Counted from the stretch's first letter, positions 1-16,549 are shown. The stretch: DNA of 64,000 nucleotides from the human T2T-CHM13v2.0 reference genome, Homo sapiens (GCF_009914755.1 NC_060940.1), one strand, 5' to 3'. The notes: generated by a model not told the origin, from the letters alone. Made by a program: numbers and translations.

Positions 1-144
1 TCAAGCCTTCAGAGGAAGGCATGGCTCTACTGACACCTTGATTTCTGGACTTCTAGCTTCCAAAACTGTGAGAGAACAAATTTCTGTTGTTATAAGCCAA
101 CTGGTTTGTGGAATTTCTTAAGGAAGTCCTAGGAAGTGAATACA
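1..144 (+). mobile_element. MaLR LTR 3' part (MLT1B/C-like)
   Basis: gacaccttgatt...gacttctagcttccaaaactgtgagagaacaaatttctgttgtt...gaataca, typical MLT1 3' end. Confidence 0.75.
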
Positions 145-241
145 CTCTGGAATTACATATAAGTAACTAATAATGATGGCTACCTATTATTCAAAGAATG
201 AGAGGATGTGGGGAAGGTGGAAGGCAGATTTTTCACTGTAA

Positions 242-451
<210 letters not shown>

Positions 452-683
452 TAGTTGTGAACTCCTAACCTGAGGTGATCCACCCGCCTCCATCTCCCAA
501 AGTGCTGGGATTACAGGTGTGAGCCACTGCACCCATCGTTAAGCTTTTTATATTTAAAAATTAAAAAAAAAAACTTCTTTGGTCGGGCATGGTGGCTCAG
601 GCCTATAGTCCGAGCTACTCAGGAGGCTGAGGCAGGAGGATCGCTTGAACCCAGGAGGTCAAGGCTACAGTGAGCTACAGTCA

Positions 684-1056
<373 letters not shown>

Positions 1057-1210
1057 TCACATGAATGTAATTACCAATTCAAAAAGCTAAATAAATAAAG
1101 GACTTTGGAGTATCTTCCCACCCTCGAGTCTGAGATCCATTCACCCACTGGGCCACAGCCAAACCAACCCGTCAAGGAGAGCTGATGTCCTGCACCCACA
1201 ATGAGCCTAG

Positions 1211-1783
<573 letters not shown>

Positions 1784-2335
1784 TAGAGGCGGGGTTTCAC
1801 CATGTCGGCCAGGCTGGTCTCGATCTCCTGGCCTCATGTGATCCACCCGCCTCAACCTCCCAAAGTGCTGAGATTACAGGTTTAAGCCACCACTCTGGCC
1901 TGAGGTAGGTATCCCTTCATCTGTTCATTCTACGAATCTCTACCAAGCATCTACTCAGTGCCAGGCCCCAGCCACTAGGGATACACACAGAACTGATGAG
2001 CAGGAAGCCTGAACCAACCCCTCCAGGCCCCAGTTACAGCCCTTCCTCACATGTTTCCACTGGTGTCTTCTGCTTCCCCCATCACACCATGTCGTTATTA
2101 CCTGGAAACGTGACTTACCTTCCCCTCCCTCTCCAAAGACAGAGATCGATTCTGCCAGTTTCAACTAACTTGGAGGGGCCTGCCCCCAAACCAGTGCCTG
2201 GGACATTTTTGTGGCATGCATAAACCTCAGGATAGAAGGCAGGTGAATGCATGACTTCCAGGATGGGAGGCAGGTGAACCACAGGGTGACCAAGTCCCAC
2301 CCCCACCTGCAGCTGGGTCCCCGCCACCTGCTCAC

Positions 2336-2524
2336 CTTCAGAGAGACATCGGCTAGGATGTGATGAGGCAACTGCGAGTACATGAGTCCCAGGCCCACGA
2401 TGGCCTCCAGCTCGCCCAGGTTGGCTGCGTGCTCCAGGTGGAAGACAGCCGACTCCTGGTCCCACTCCTCGCCCTTCTCACAGAAGCGCCCACCCTCGTG
2501 GTAGCGCACCATGGCCAGATGGAC
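2336..2524 (-). CDS. EEF2K: eEF2K exon 15 (start of SEL1-like helical repeats)
   Basis: VHLAMVRYHEGGRF...LPHHILADVSLK; donor AAG|gtgagc; 189 nt. Confidence 0.97.
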
Positions 2525-2687
2525 CTGCCACACAGACTACGGTGTCGGCCTGGCTGTCTGGCGGGCCAAAGCCGCACCCAAGACCGCCCAGCCAGCCTGC
2601 GGGAGGAAGTGATTAGCGGAGGAGAGGCTGGAGCTGGGGGGCTCCAGGTTAGTGCAGACAGGGCTCCAAAATGGGCATCGCCGATAC

Positions 2688-2822
2688 CTTCCCCAAAATG
2701 GACTTCCCGATTTTCTTTTCGAGGTCCAGAGCATTAAGCCTTTGCACTTCCAGGGCCACGGCCGAAGCCCTCGGCAGGTGGAGGCGGGAGGAGTTGAGGA
2801 GATTCCACTTCTCTACACATAC
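2688..2822 (-). CDS. EEF2K: eEF2K exon 14 (S500)
   Basis: VCVEKWNLLNSSRLHLPRASAVALEVQRLNALDLEKKIGKSILGK; 135 nt. Confidence 0.96.
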
Positions 2823-2826
2823 CTGA

Positions 2827-3153
<327 letters not shown>

Positions 3154-4331
3154 TAATCATTCAAATTCCATCAACTCATGCATTCAAGAGCCAGTGGAAC
3201 AGATTTCAGCAGCTCAAGGAAGCGCTTCCCCATCATTTACCAATCTGGATTTGGTTGGGGGTGGGGGTCTCACTCTAAACCAACCCCTTCGCCAGCTCCC
3301 CATATAAGGCACCAGAAGACTCCCACTTCAGACCTTCCAGCAAATCCCCTTGCTTTCCTCTGCAAGGCACCACAACGACATGAGCAACATCAGCAGGTTG
3401 CTGTAGGAAATGGGTTTAAAAAACACATCATTTCTCCTGGCCAAAGATGCCCCCTCCAAAGGCTCTTGCAGGATACAGCCAGGCAGCTGTGCGTGTGCAC
3501 GTTTGCATGCTAAACATCTTGCAATGCACAGGGTAGCCCCCTCAACAAGGAACGATTCAGCCCAGAATGCCAGTAGTGCCTTGCTTGAGCAACCCTGTTC
3601 CATACCTAACTGAGAAGATCCTAATCTGGCTACAAAATACCACAGGGTAAATAATCAGTGTTCTGGGAGATGCCAGAGTCATGCCTGTGGTGGAGGCCAG
3701 GGAAGGCTCCTGGACGAGGGGCCCTGGGATCCAGGCTTGGAGAGCAGGTAGGATTTGAAGAGAGATGACAGAGGGAGAGAAAGGACTTTGCAGGTAGGAA
3801 AGAGACTTGCCTTAGTAAAGGCTCCAAAGATGGGCAGTTCAAAGCGTGTGAGGGAATCACTTAGAGGGGTGGGTGGGGCACAGAGCTGGTCTTTCCCAGA
3901 CTTGCTGATGCTTGTTAGACATACAAGCGAGGGTAACCTGGGGAAAGTTGCTTAAGAGCCCAGTTTTCTCATACATAAAATGGGGATGAGAGTCACATTA
4001 GCCTGTCTCTCTGGGTGGTTGCAAGAAGGAAACTGATTACTGCGAAGTGCCTTCATGGCAGGCACTTAAGACAGGAGCTGTCCCTGTGGTGATTTCCCCT
4101 CCAGGATGGGGCTGAGCTGCTCTTCTCTAATCCTCCCCACAAATCCCCCAGCATCCTGCCCTGCAGAGGTTCAAAGAGCATTTGCCCAGATTTGCTGCTT
4201 TGCAAAATCTTCCTTTAGCACATGTGCAAGACAGATGGGCAGGCAGCAGAGATATGAGACAGGAGAAACAGCAACAGAGCCTGGAGGAGACAGGGAAGAG
4301 GCAGAGACAAGGGTGCCTCAGGGCGCATTAC

Positions 4332-4394
4332 CCGTCCAGAGCTGCCCAGGCTGTCTTCGTCAGACTCGTACTTCCGATTACTGTATGAGTGGCC
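4332..4394 (-). CDS. EEF2K: eEF2K exon 13
   Basis: GHSYSNRKYESDEDSLGSSGR; 63 nt. Confidence 0.96.
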
Positions 4395-4889
4395 CTGAAC
4401 GGAGGAAGAAATTACACTGATCCAAAGCGACAAGCTTCTTCCCAGGAACCTCTCCTGAGAGCTGGTCCAGCCCTCCTCCCTGGAACCAGCCTGGCCCTCC
4501 TAGGTGACCCTTATCTCAGAAAATTGGCCCTATGTTCCCAGGTGACACTGGAACCCTTCTCTGCCAAGCAGAAGGGATGCTGGGTCACAGGCAGGGATGA
4601 CAACGCTGGTGCAGTCACAGCCTTGCTGTCCCCCTCCGTGTGTGAGCAGGTGGAACTGACTTGATGGTGCAGGATCCCAACACAAAGCCACTGGGGTAAC
4701 GGGCAGAGCTCCTACTGCATGTTTAGTTTATATTTTAATTTAGACATGGGTCTTGCTCTGTTGCCCAGGCTGGAGTGCAGCAGTGTGATCAAAGCTCACT
4801 GCTGCCTCCAACTCCCCAGGTTCAAGCAATCCTCTCACATTGCCCTCCTAAAGTGCTGGAATTGCAGGTGAGCCACCAGGCCCAGCTGT

Positions 4890-4923
<34 letters not shown>

Positions 4924-4925
4924 GA

Positions 4926-5027
<102 letters not shown>

Positions 5028-5070
5028 TGAGTAGCTGGGACTAGAGGAGTGCACCACTGCACCCGGCTAA

Positions 5071-5262
<192 letters not shown>

Positions 5263-6025
5263 TGATGTGCAGGCTCCATTTCAGCACAGGGTAAGACCTC
5301 TAAATGGCAGATACTGTCTGAGGTTGCCCTCACCAGGATGCTGCTGGGAGGCTACCCAAGGAAACTGACCTCCAAGGCCCTCCTCCCTGGGGCCTCACAG
5401 GATCCTGCCTATGAGTGGGTCCAGCTATTACCCAGGATCCTCTCTGCTCAGCAGCCCAGGACTCCCACTTCACCATAAGATTTGTCAGCCATTATCAGCC
5501 TTATATCTAAGCCTCCACACTTGCCCCGTTACTGGTCCACATGATCCTGTTTTATCTTCTTTGCATTTATCTTTATCTGAAATACTCTTTATTTTATTTT
5601 ATTTTGAGACAAAGTTCACTGTGTCACCCAGGCTGGAGTGCAGTGGCACAATCTTGGCTCACTGCAACCTCTGTCTTCTGGGTTAAAGTGATTCTCCTGC
5701 CTCAGCTTCCCCAGTAGCTGGGATTACAGGCATGCACCACCATGCCAGGCTAATTTTTGTATTGTTAGTAGAGACGGGGTTTCACCATGTTGGCCAGGCT
5801 GGTCTCGAACTCCTGATGTCAGGTGATCCACCCGCCTTGGCCTCCCAAAGTGCTGGGATTACAGGCGTGAGCCACCATGACCGGCCTGAAATACTCTTTA
5901 TTAATTTACTTGTTATCTTCTCAGGACCCACTCATATTCCCCCTCCAGGAAGGGGAGTTTTCATTTTCCTGGAGGATAAACAAGGCAACAGGTGACACCG
6001 GTCTCATTTCCTGGGGGTTCCTTAC

Positions 6026-6103
6026 ATGTTCTCGGGGCTCAGGGTCATCCAGCTCACCCCGCTTCTCACTGGGGTATCCGCTGTCCCCACTATTCTCAGA
6101 CTC
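6026..6103 (-). CDS. EEF2K: eEF2K exon 12 (DSGYPS beta-TrCP phosphodegron, S441/S445)
   Basis: ESENSGDSGYPSEKRGELDDPEPREH; ccacag|GAG ... CAT|gtaagg; 78 nt. Confidence 0.96.
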
Positions 6104-7136
6104 CTGTGGAGAGAAGACGGCCTTAGGGTCCTGGTGGTCCCCTGAGCACCTGGAAATGGTTATGACATCTCAACACCCCAACTGTTAGCTTTCTCCCCTC
6201 TGTCCCATTACCTAACACCCTGCTCCTGCTGTCCCTTGCCGGGTGTGGTGGCTCATGCCTGTAATCCCAGCACTTTGGGAGGCCGAGGCAGGCAGATCAC
6301 TTGAGGACACAAGTTCAAGACCTGCCTGGCCAACGAGGGAGCAGTATAAGGTAACAGTAAGGACCTTGGGCTCTACAGCCAAATGACCTGGGCTCAAATC
6401 CTGGCTTTATTTCTTGCCAGCTGAGACCTTGGGCAGTTGCTTAACTTCTCTGAGCATCAGTGTCCTTAGTTATGGGATTCATTATAGCCCCTACATCGAA
6501 GGGCTGTGTGGGTGAAATGCACTGTTACATTCTGAGAGTGTGGATCACAGGAAGTGCTTTACTGAGAGTGACTCACCCACTTCACAGGCAGAAAAACAAA
6601 GGCTGGTTAAGGGCTATGACCCACGGACAAAAATATAGCATTGGGAACAATATTTAATACAAATAAGCCCTCAACCAAAACCACACATTTTTATTTTTTT
6701 TTTGAGATGGAGTCTCGCTCTGTCACACTGGCTGGAGTGCAGTGGCACGATCTCAGCTCACTGCAACCTCTACCTCTTGAGCTGAAGTGATTGTCCTGTC
6801 TTAACCTCCCAAGTAGCTGGGACTACAGGCGCCTGCCACCACGCCTGGCTAATTTTTGTATTTTTAGTAGAGACGAGGTTTCACCATATTGGCCAGGCTG
6901 GTCTCAAACTCCTGAACTTGTGATCCGCCTGCCTTGGACTCCCAAAGTGTTGGGATTACAGGCGTGAGCCACCGTGCCTGGCCTAGTTGGGCATATTTTT
7001 TATTCTCCCAGGTCTGAGTTCTGTTCTGAAAGCGAATCTGGTATAATTTAGAATCTCTAAAACTTCAGCCATGTACCTACCAACATTGAATTATAGCTCT
7101 CTCTGCATGTCACCTGCACAATTAGTAACGGAATAG

Positions 7137-7409
<273 letters not shown>

Positions 7410-7454
7410 TAAACTCCTGGCCTCAAGTGGTCTGCCTGCCTCAGCCTCCCATAG

Positions 7455-7733
<279 letters not shown>

Positions 7734-7814
7734 TGACCTCAAGTGATCTGCCCCCCTTGGCCTGCCAAAGTGCTGGGATTACAGGCGTGAGCCACTGCGC
7801 CCAGCCTCTACTAA

Positions 7815-8003
<189 letters not shown>

Positions 8004-8683
8004 TAGAGATGGGGGTCTTGTCATATTGCCCAGGCTAGTTTCAAATTCTTGGGCTCAAGTGATCTGCCCACCTTGGTCTCCCAAAGTGCTGGGATTATAG
8101 GCATGAGCTACCATGCCTGGCCAATTTTACTAAGAAATATTTCAAACACACACACAAGCATAGAGAGTATTATAATTTGCCATAATATACATTTGTGAGA
8201 ATGCAGATAAGATGCCTTCAGTTTCTTACCACCAAGTCAACCCAAAGCTTCAGGAAATGTTCTGTTTATCTAACTGGAGAGCTAGGTGTGAAGAGCTAGA
8301 ACACATGGCTTACTGTGCTATGTGTTACACATCTAAGACCCAGTATTAGGGCTCTATAGGACAACCAACACATGTGGGGTCAAACCAAACCTGGAGCTGA
8401 GACTGGCATTTACTACAAGATCGCATTGTTGCTGACTGGGAGTCCCTCTTCCCTAACCATCTCTGGGAACTGCAAGGGACCCACCTTTTCTCAGAGGAAA
8501 GCTCAGCCTTGGACTGGAGGCTGACATTCATCTGCATCCTCCCTAATTCCCCCATTCTGTGCCCTCCTGGCAGTGCCTGGGCTAGGCTGCCCACCTCCGA
8601 AGCTGAAGATTCACTCTGGGAGTGAATCCACTCCTACCCCTGCTGGGGTCTGAAGCCTGCAGCCTCCCTCCCTTCACACTCAC

Positions 8684-8751
8684 CCGGTGGTTGTCTAGAT
8701 GATCATGGTCTCTGGATGCCATGTTATCGAGGTCACTGAACACTGGCCAAT
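8684..8751 (-). CDS. EEF2K: eEF2K exon 11
   Basis: WPVFSDLDNMASRDHDHLDNHR; 68 nt. Confidence 0.96.
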
Positions 8752-9075
8752 CTGGGCAGGGAGAAACAGACATCATGTCCTGGTTCCACTACTGGAACAT
8801 GCATAAGACCAACCCACGGCCTAGGGCGGTCCATACCTGCCACCAAGCCTTTTTTTTTTTTTAAGCTTTAAAGAAAGGCACAAAAAAGGAGAAGAATGTT
8901 ATCAGCACCTGGAGGCTAAAGTTCTTCCTTGAGAACTTATTCTAAGTCTGCTGTTTGCCAGCTACATGATTCTGGCCAAGTGGTGTCACCTATGTGTGTC
9001 CTCAGGGTTGTCACAATGCAATTATCCTTGTAATGTGTTTATTAGCATATGTGCCTGGCCACCACTTGGTCCTCA

Positions 9076-9492
<417 letters not shown>

Positions 9493-9519
9493 CTATCTCT
9501 GTCTCCTGCCCTCTACAGC

Positions 9520-9745
9520 CAAATCTATCTGTCTGTTTTTATAGTTTGTAAGAACAGTGTTTACATTTTTAAATGGATGACAAAAATTAAATTTCACCAT
9601 CCATAGAGTTTTATTGGAACACAGCCACATCCACTCACTTAATATTTTCTATGGTAGCTTTCATGCTCCAAATGCAGAGACTGAATGACCTGCAAAGCTT
9701 AAAATATTTACTCTCTGACCTTTTAAAAAAGTCTGTTGACTCCTG
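9520..9745 (+). mobile_element. MER58-like hAT-Charlie relic
   Basis: agttttattggaacacagccac...aaaatatttactctctgacc...ttgactcctg. Confidence 0.65.
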
Positions 9746-10517
9746 TTCCAGACTATTCCAAAGACCTTCCAGTGGAAACATCTAAAGGGCTTCTTTAATG
9801 TTTGACACTAAAATCTTTCTCTCTTTCAAAGGTATCAAAATGAGAAAAATTAAAAAACTAAACAATAAAATCTTGCTCTCCTGCTCTGAGCCTGCTCCCG
9901 CTCACACTTTCCCTGAATACATGACCTCCAGCTCTTTAGGCCAATACCCTGGGGTCAGTCTTGCCTCTATCCTTTCCTACAGACTCTCATCTGAATCATC
10001 AGCAAACTCCACTCTTTCAGTGTCAGAAATAATGATTCTGTTTTTCTCCTTTGACCCATTAATATCACATTCATAGCTTTTCTAACATTGAACAACCCTC
10101 AGATTCCTGTGAAATCCCTATTTAACTGTGACAGGTGAACCTTTTAACATAGTACTATTTTTATTTGTTAATATCTATTTAGATTTTTTTTTTGTTCTCT
10201 ATACACAAATACAAATTTTAAATAAGGTTGGGATATAATTTTCTTTTTTAGTTTGTCAAATTTATTATATAGGTTTTGCTGGTTTCATAAAACACACTGA
10301 TAAAAGTTACTTTGTTTCCTACAATAGGGGTTGTTTTTATAGCATTTGGATGATCTGTTTTGAAAGTTCACTCAATGAAACTCACCTATAAAACCACTGG
10401 GGCCATGAACCTTTTCGATTAGCATGTCTGATTTTTCTAACATAAATGAAAGCTGGTTTAGCTCTGCTCCACCTGTCCCCTCCAATCACAGTGACTAGGG
10501 ACCGAACCGTCACTCAC

Positions 10518-10719
10518 GGAGGTGGTCTAGCTTCTGGCTGTGTGGTGTGGCCGAAGATGGGGAAGAAGGGAGAGAGTCGAAGGTCACGTCGCTCATGTTC
10601 TCGTCTCCAGAGTTCTCTGAAAGGGGACGGAGCAGGGGTGGCCGGCTCCCAGAGAGGGTCCTTACTCGGGGGCTCCCACATTTTTCCTCTGTTCCTCTCA
10701 AGATGGTCTTGGCTGATTG
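10518..10719 (-). CDS. EEF2K: eEF2K exon 10 (T348, S359, S366, S398 regulatory loop)
   Basis: QSAKTILRGTEEKCGSPRVRTLSGSRPP...QKLDHL; 202 nt. Confidence 0.97.
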
Positions 10720-11442
10720 CTAGGGACATTAATAGGGATACTCATGTCACGCACACACCCTCTGGGAATTAAAGGGCTCTTCCTGTTGTTCCCTCTAACC
10801 CTGAAACCCCTTCATCCACAGCTCCTAAACATGCCTGTTTAGGAGCTGATATATTGTCTTAAAAAATAAAAAATCAGTCAGGGATTAAACCTAAGGCCTC
10901 CAAGAAAGGGCATCTGGAACAGAGGCTCAGAGGACCTGCCAGTATCCCCTAAAGCACTGACCACATTCCACAGCCCAGAGCTGGAGAAAGCATTCCACTC
11001 TATGTCCAGCATCCCAAGCTGGTCTTTGCAACATTCTCTTGTCCCTGGTCCAAGTAGCAATGGGAGGATGGGAGGTATGTTGGTGAGGTGCCTGGAGAGC
11101 CAGGTCTAAGACTAGTTCAGTCATTTGTCAATACATCACACAAACACACACACACACCACATGCCTTCTCACTATCTCCACGTGCCTGTTCCCCTCACTC
11201 TGGTAAAAAATGGGCCCAACCTAAGCAGATACCAGCTGCTCGATTGGAAGGACGCTCAGGAGGGCTTTGTGCACTGAGCTGGAGGGGACGGGCTGGGGCA
11301 TGGATGGGACAGATGCTTCCAGCCCTGGTATTCATCAGTTAAGCACTGCTTGACCTGGCTGTCACCACACAGGGGAGCAGGGCTTGCTTTGCAAGTAGCA
11401 GAAGGGCCTGCCAGGCCAAGCAGGGTCACACTGGGCACCCAC

Positions 11443-11570
11443 CAGCAGCTTGGTGTTCTGATTCACTGCATCCCTCTCCCGGGGCGAGAGGTCAAAGGGA
11501 GCAAGGCCCATGCTCTCGCAAATCCGGTTGCAGGCATGAGAGTAGAAGAAGAGCGCCATCCCGCGGACAC
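11443..11570 (-). CDS. EEF2K: eEF2K exon 9 (Zn ligands H312/C314/C318)
   Basis: [42 protein letters not shown]; 128 nt. Confidence 0.97.
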
Positions 11571-11827
11571 CTGTGGACAGAGCGGGGGTGTCTGGAGTGT
11601 TGCTTTGCTCTGTGACGGGGGACAGGCAGTGGTGGGCCTCATACATATGGCCAGGGCAGGTATAAAACGTGCCAAGCTGGGAGGCATCAGACATCCAGGC
11701 TCCCATCTCCATGATCTTGAAAAAGCGCGTACAGTGTCTCAGCCTGTTTCCTTGGCTGTACGAAGAACTCAGAGGTTTTAGCAGGGAGCGTGGTTTCTGC
11801 AGAAACAGGCTGGCTTTCCCCACGTAC

Positions 11828-11960
11828 CTAGGTTGCCGTCTCCAAAGTCAGTGCCCGTCTCCGTGTGGATCTGTGGGTCAGTGTAGAGATCCCCAACTCC
11901 CTGGATGTCCACCACTATCAGCTGATGGCCGGAACGCTCAAAAGTGAAGTGGCTGAAGGC
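11828..11960 (-). CDS. EEF2K: eEF2K exon 8 (H260, catalytic D274, D284, GxGxxG)
   Basis: [44 protein letters not shown]; 133 nt. Confidence 0.97.
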
Positions 11961-12315
11961 CTACAGGGGACAGGAAGGAAAACGAGATGTCAAGAGACAG
12001 GCTGAGGTCTGTGCAGGCACTGGCCACGCCTCTGCCCATGCTGAGGGGCTTTCTCTTCAAGGAGTTATATAGAGGAAAAGACAAAGGAAAAAGGCCTCTT
12101 CAGTTGGGCAGGGACCTTGGGCTGCAGGTCCTGTGGCCACCTTAGGTGACAGAAGCTGTCATGGGGTGACGGGTCTCCTTCTGAATGCTCCAAGAGGCTT
12201 CTCTGGGGGTGAGACTCCAAGCCCACAGGGACCTTCCTCTTTAGGGGCTGAGCCTGGCCAGGATCTCACCCCAAGGGCTGTGGTGGGCAGAGGGTGGAGG
12301 TGAGCTCGGCCTCAC

Positions 12316-12465
12316 CTGCGGCGTCAGGCGGATGTTGTCATCGCGGACAAAGCCAGAGTTGGAGTTGTACTTGATGTACTTGCCCTCGATGTAGTGCTCC
12401 AGGTGGAAGAGGGGCTTGCCCGGTCTGTCCTTCAGCTCGATGATGCACATCTGCATGATGTCCAC
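12316..12465 (-). CDS. EEF2K: eEF2K exon 7
   Basis: VDIMQMCIIELKDRPGKPLFHLEHYIEGKYIKYNSNSGFVRDDNIRLTPQ; 150 nt. Confidence 0.97.
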
Positions 12466-12678
12466 CTGGTGGGATGGGGAGTGGGCTCAGGCGGGAGGGC
12501 CCAGGCGCACCTCCTCTGAGAAGCGGCAAGGGGAGGGCTCAGAGGAACTCGCCTGCCTGGGCTCAGACCCTGGCTCCATGACTTACTAGCTCTCTATTGT
12601 AGGAGCTCCTGATGATGCCCAGAATCTAATCTCCTCTTTTCCTTTAATTTTTTTAAAATTAAAAAAAATATATTTTTA

Positions 12679-13600
<922 letters not shown>

Positions 13601-14100
13601 TCTGTTTTCCTTTGAGTTTTAAAAGGGTACACAGCCACCCACTAGGGATGACATTGCTAAGCTTCCCTTGCAGCTAAGTGTGGCCACATGACTGTGCCCA
13701 GCCAATGGGAAGTGAGCATTGCAATGATGTAACTCCAGCCTGCCCTGTAAGGTGGACTCTGCTTGGGAGCCAGAATTGATTATGTGGTCCATGGCAAACC
13801 CCTGAGGGGATGGCAGAGAAAAAAGACCAAAGGAACGAGTTCTCTAGATGGCTTCAAGGAGATGAGGCACAAACAAGCCTACCCCAAGCCACCCACCAAT
13901 GCAAGACCTCCACACAAGTGAAAAAGAAACCATTTCGTGTCCACACATATTTTGTGGGTCTGTTTGCTAAGCAACTTAGACTATGCCTTACAGTAAAACT
14001 GTGAATTTGGGAACATTTCTGAATTTCACCTCTCTGTGCCTCAGTTTCTTTACCTGCATAAAGAGGGTCTCAGGCTCAGTCTGTGAATTAAACTTATTGA

Positions 14101-14409
<309 letters not shown>

Positions 14410-15061
14410 TGAGCCACTGTGCCTGGCAACTCATTTTTATCAGGAGCTACAATTCTAGAGAAATATAAACCAACCTCTAAACAGCAGTTTTCTCCCTGCA
14501 ATGGGAAATTATAGGGAACTTTGACATTCCTTGCCGAATTTTTTTTGTTTTTATAAAGTCTATGTTTAATTTTGTACACAGAAGAAAATGTATAAATAGT
14601 GCATATGGTTTGTAAAGTGGAGTAGGGGAGATTAGGGACTCTAGCTTGCACCTCTTGCCCTGTTACACAAGGACTCATCCTTGGTTCCCATGTCCTCCTC
14701 AATGCCACCTCCTGGGAGGATTAGGTCCAGGTTTCCCAAGGAAACGACCATCCATGGAGAGTGGGTCACCAGACATGCAGACAACAGATGCAGAGGCCGA
14801 AGGGGTCCTGATCTGAGAGGTGAGAACTTGCCCCAAACAAGGCTTCAATGGGTTCTGAGAACCGGCCTGAGGGGAAGGCAGGGAGCGGCGGTTCTCAGAG
14901 GGTTCTGCCCAAAGGCTGGTCCCATCCCTACAAGGAAACTTACAGCAGGGCCACCTGCTGGGCCAGAGGGCTCCCTGGGCGAGGGGCAGTGGTACAGCCA
15001 CAGTGGACAACCAGCACCTTCTCAAACAACCACGTCTCTCTCCCTCCCTTAAGTCAACCAC

Positions 15062-15110
15062 ATTATTATTATTATTATTATTATTGTTACTACTACTACT
15101 ACTACTACTA
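15062..15110. repeat. Compound (ATT)n-(ACT)n trinucleotide microsatellite (Alu tail)
   Basis: attattatt...tactactac, directly before an antisense Alu. Confidence 0.9.
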
Positions 15111-15280
15111 TTTGGGGATGGAGTCTTGCTCTGTCACCCAGGCCGGAGTGCAGTAGCCCAATCTCGGCTCACTGCAGCCTCCGCCTCTCGTGTTCAAGTG
15201 ATTCTCCTGCCTCAGCCTCCCAAGTAGCTGGGATTACAGGCGTGCACCACCATGCCCAGCTAATTTTGTATTTTTAGTAG

Positions 15281-15442
<162 letters not shown>

Positions 15443-16184
15443 TGAACATGATAAAATAAAATCTCTGCCTTTAGGGGAGAGAAGCACCTAAAATATTAAC
15501 TAAATGAATGACATACTAACTGCTCCAAAGAACAGGAAAAAAAAAAAAAGTTAGAATGATGTGACAGAGGTGACTGGGGCAGAGGGACCACTTCTTAGGG
15601 TTGTCTGAGATGGGCTGGCTGAGGAGGTGACACAGGATCTGAGACCTGAACTATAAGAAGTAGCTAGCCATGCAAGAATTACGGTGACACAAGATGCCCG
15701 CCAAGCCCACAGCCAGGGCCAAGGTTTTGGGGCAGGAACAAGCTTGTGGAGGAAGAGAAAGGAGGCCAGGCTGGAAGGCCGCAAATTGCAGAGGAAGCCA
15801 CAGCCCCCCAGGGTGGGGACTGTGGCTTCTTGCGCCTGCCTCAAGTATGCTTCATCAAGGGCTCTGCAAACAGCAGGTGCTCAATAAATTCTGCACACCC
15901 AGGAGACTGTGCGTTGTATGTAGTAGATGCTCAAGCTGTGGAAGATCTCAGCTGTGGGCTCATGCAGGGCAGAGGCATGGATCCTTCCTCAAATGCCGAA
16001 AGGCAACAGGGAATTCTGCTTGGCCTCAGTCACTCATCACCCTAGGGGCTCAAATGAAGGTGCCAACCTAGCAGGGGGTTGAAAAGCCTGCATTTGAGAC
16101 CTGGCTCCAGCTCTGCCTGGTTGGGGAAGTCATTTAGCCTCTTTGAGCCCAGGGTTTCCCAAAGAGCAGACATAGTATCCACTA

Positions 16185-16549
16185 TGATATGGTTTGGCTG
16201 TGTCCCCACTCAAAGCTCATCTTGAATTGTAGCTCCCATAATTCCCACGTGTTGTGGGAGGGACCTGGTAGGAGATAATTGAATCATGGGGGTGGTTTCC
16301 CCCATACTGTTCTCATGATAGTGAATAAGTCTCACGAGATCTGATGGTTTTATAAGGGGAAACCCCCTTTGCTTGGTCCTCAATCTCTCTTGTCTGCCAC
16401 CAGGTAAGATGTGCCTTTTGCCTTCTGCCATGATTGTGAGGCCTCCCCAGCCACATGGAACTATCTGTCCATTAAACCTCTTTTTCTTTTATAAATTACC
16501 CAGTCTTGGGTATGTCTTTATCAGAAGTGTGAAAACGGACTAATATACA
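16185..16549 (+). mobile_element. THE1C-like MaLR solo LTR
   Basis: TGATATGGTTTGGCTGTGTCCCCAC start, ggggaaacccc segment, ggactaatataca end. Confidence 0.88.
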
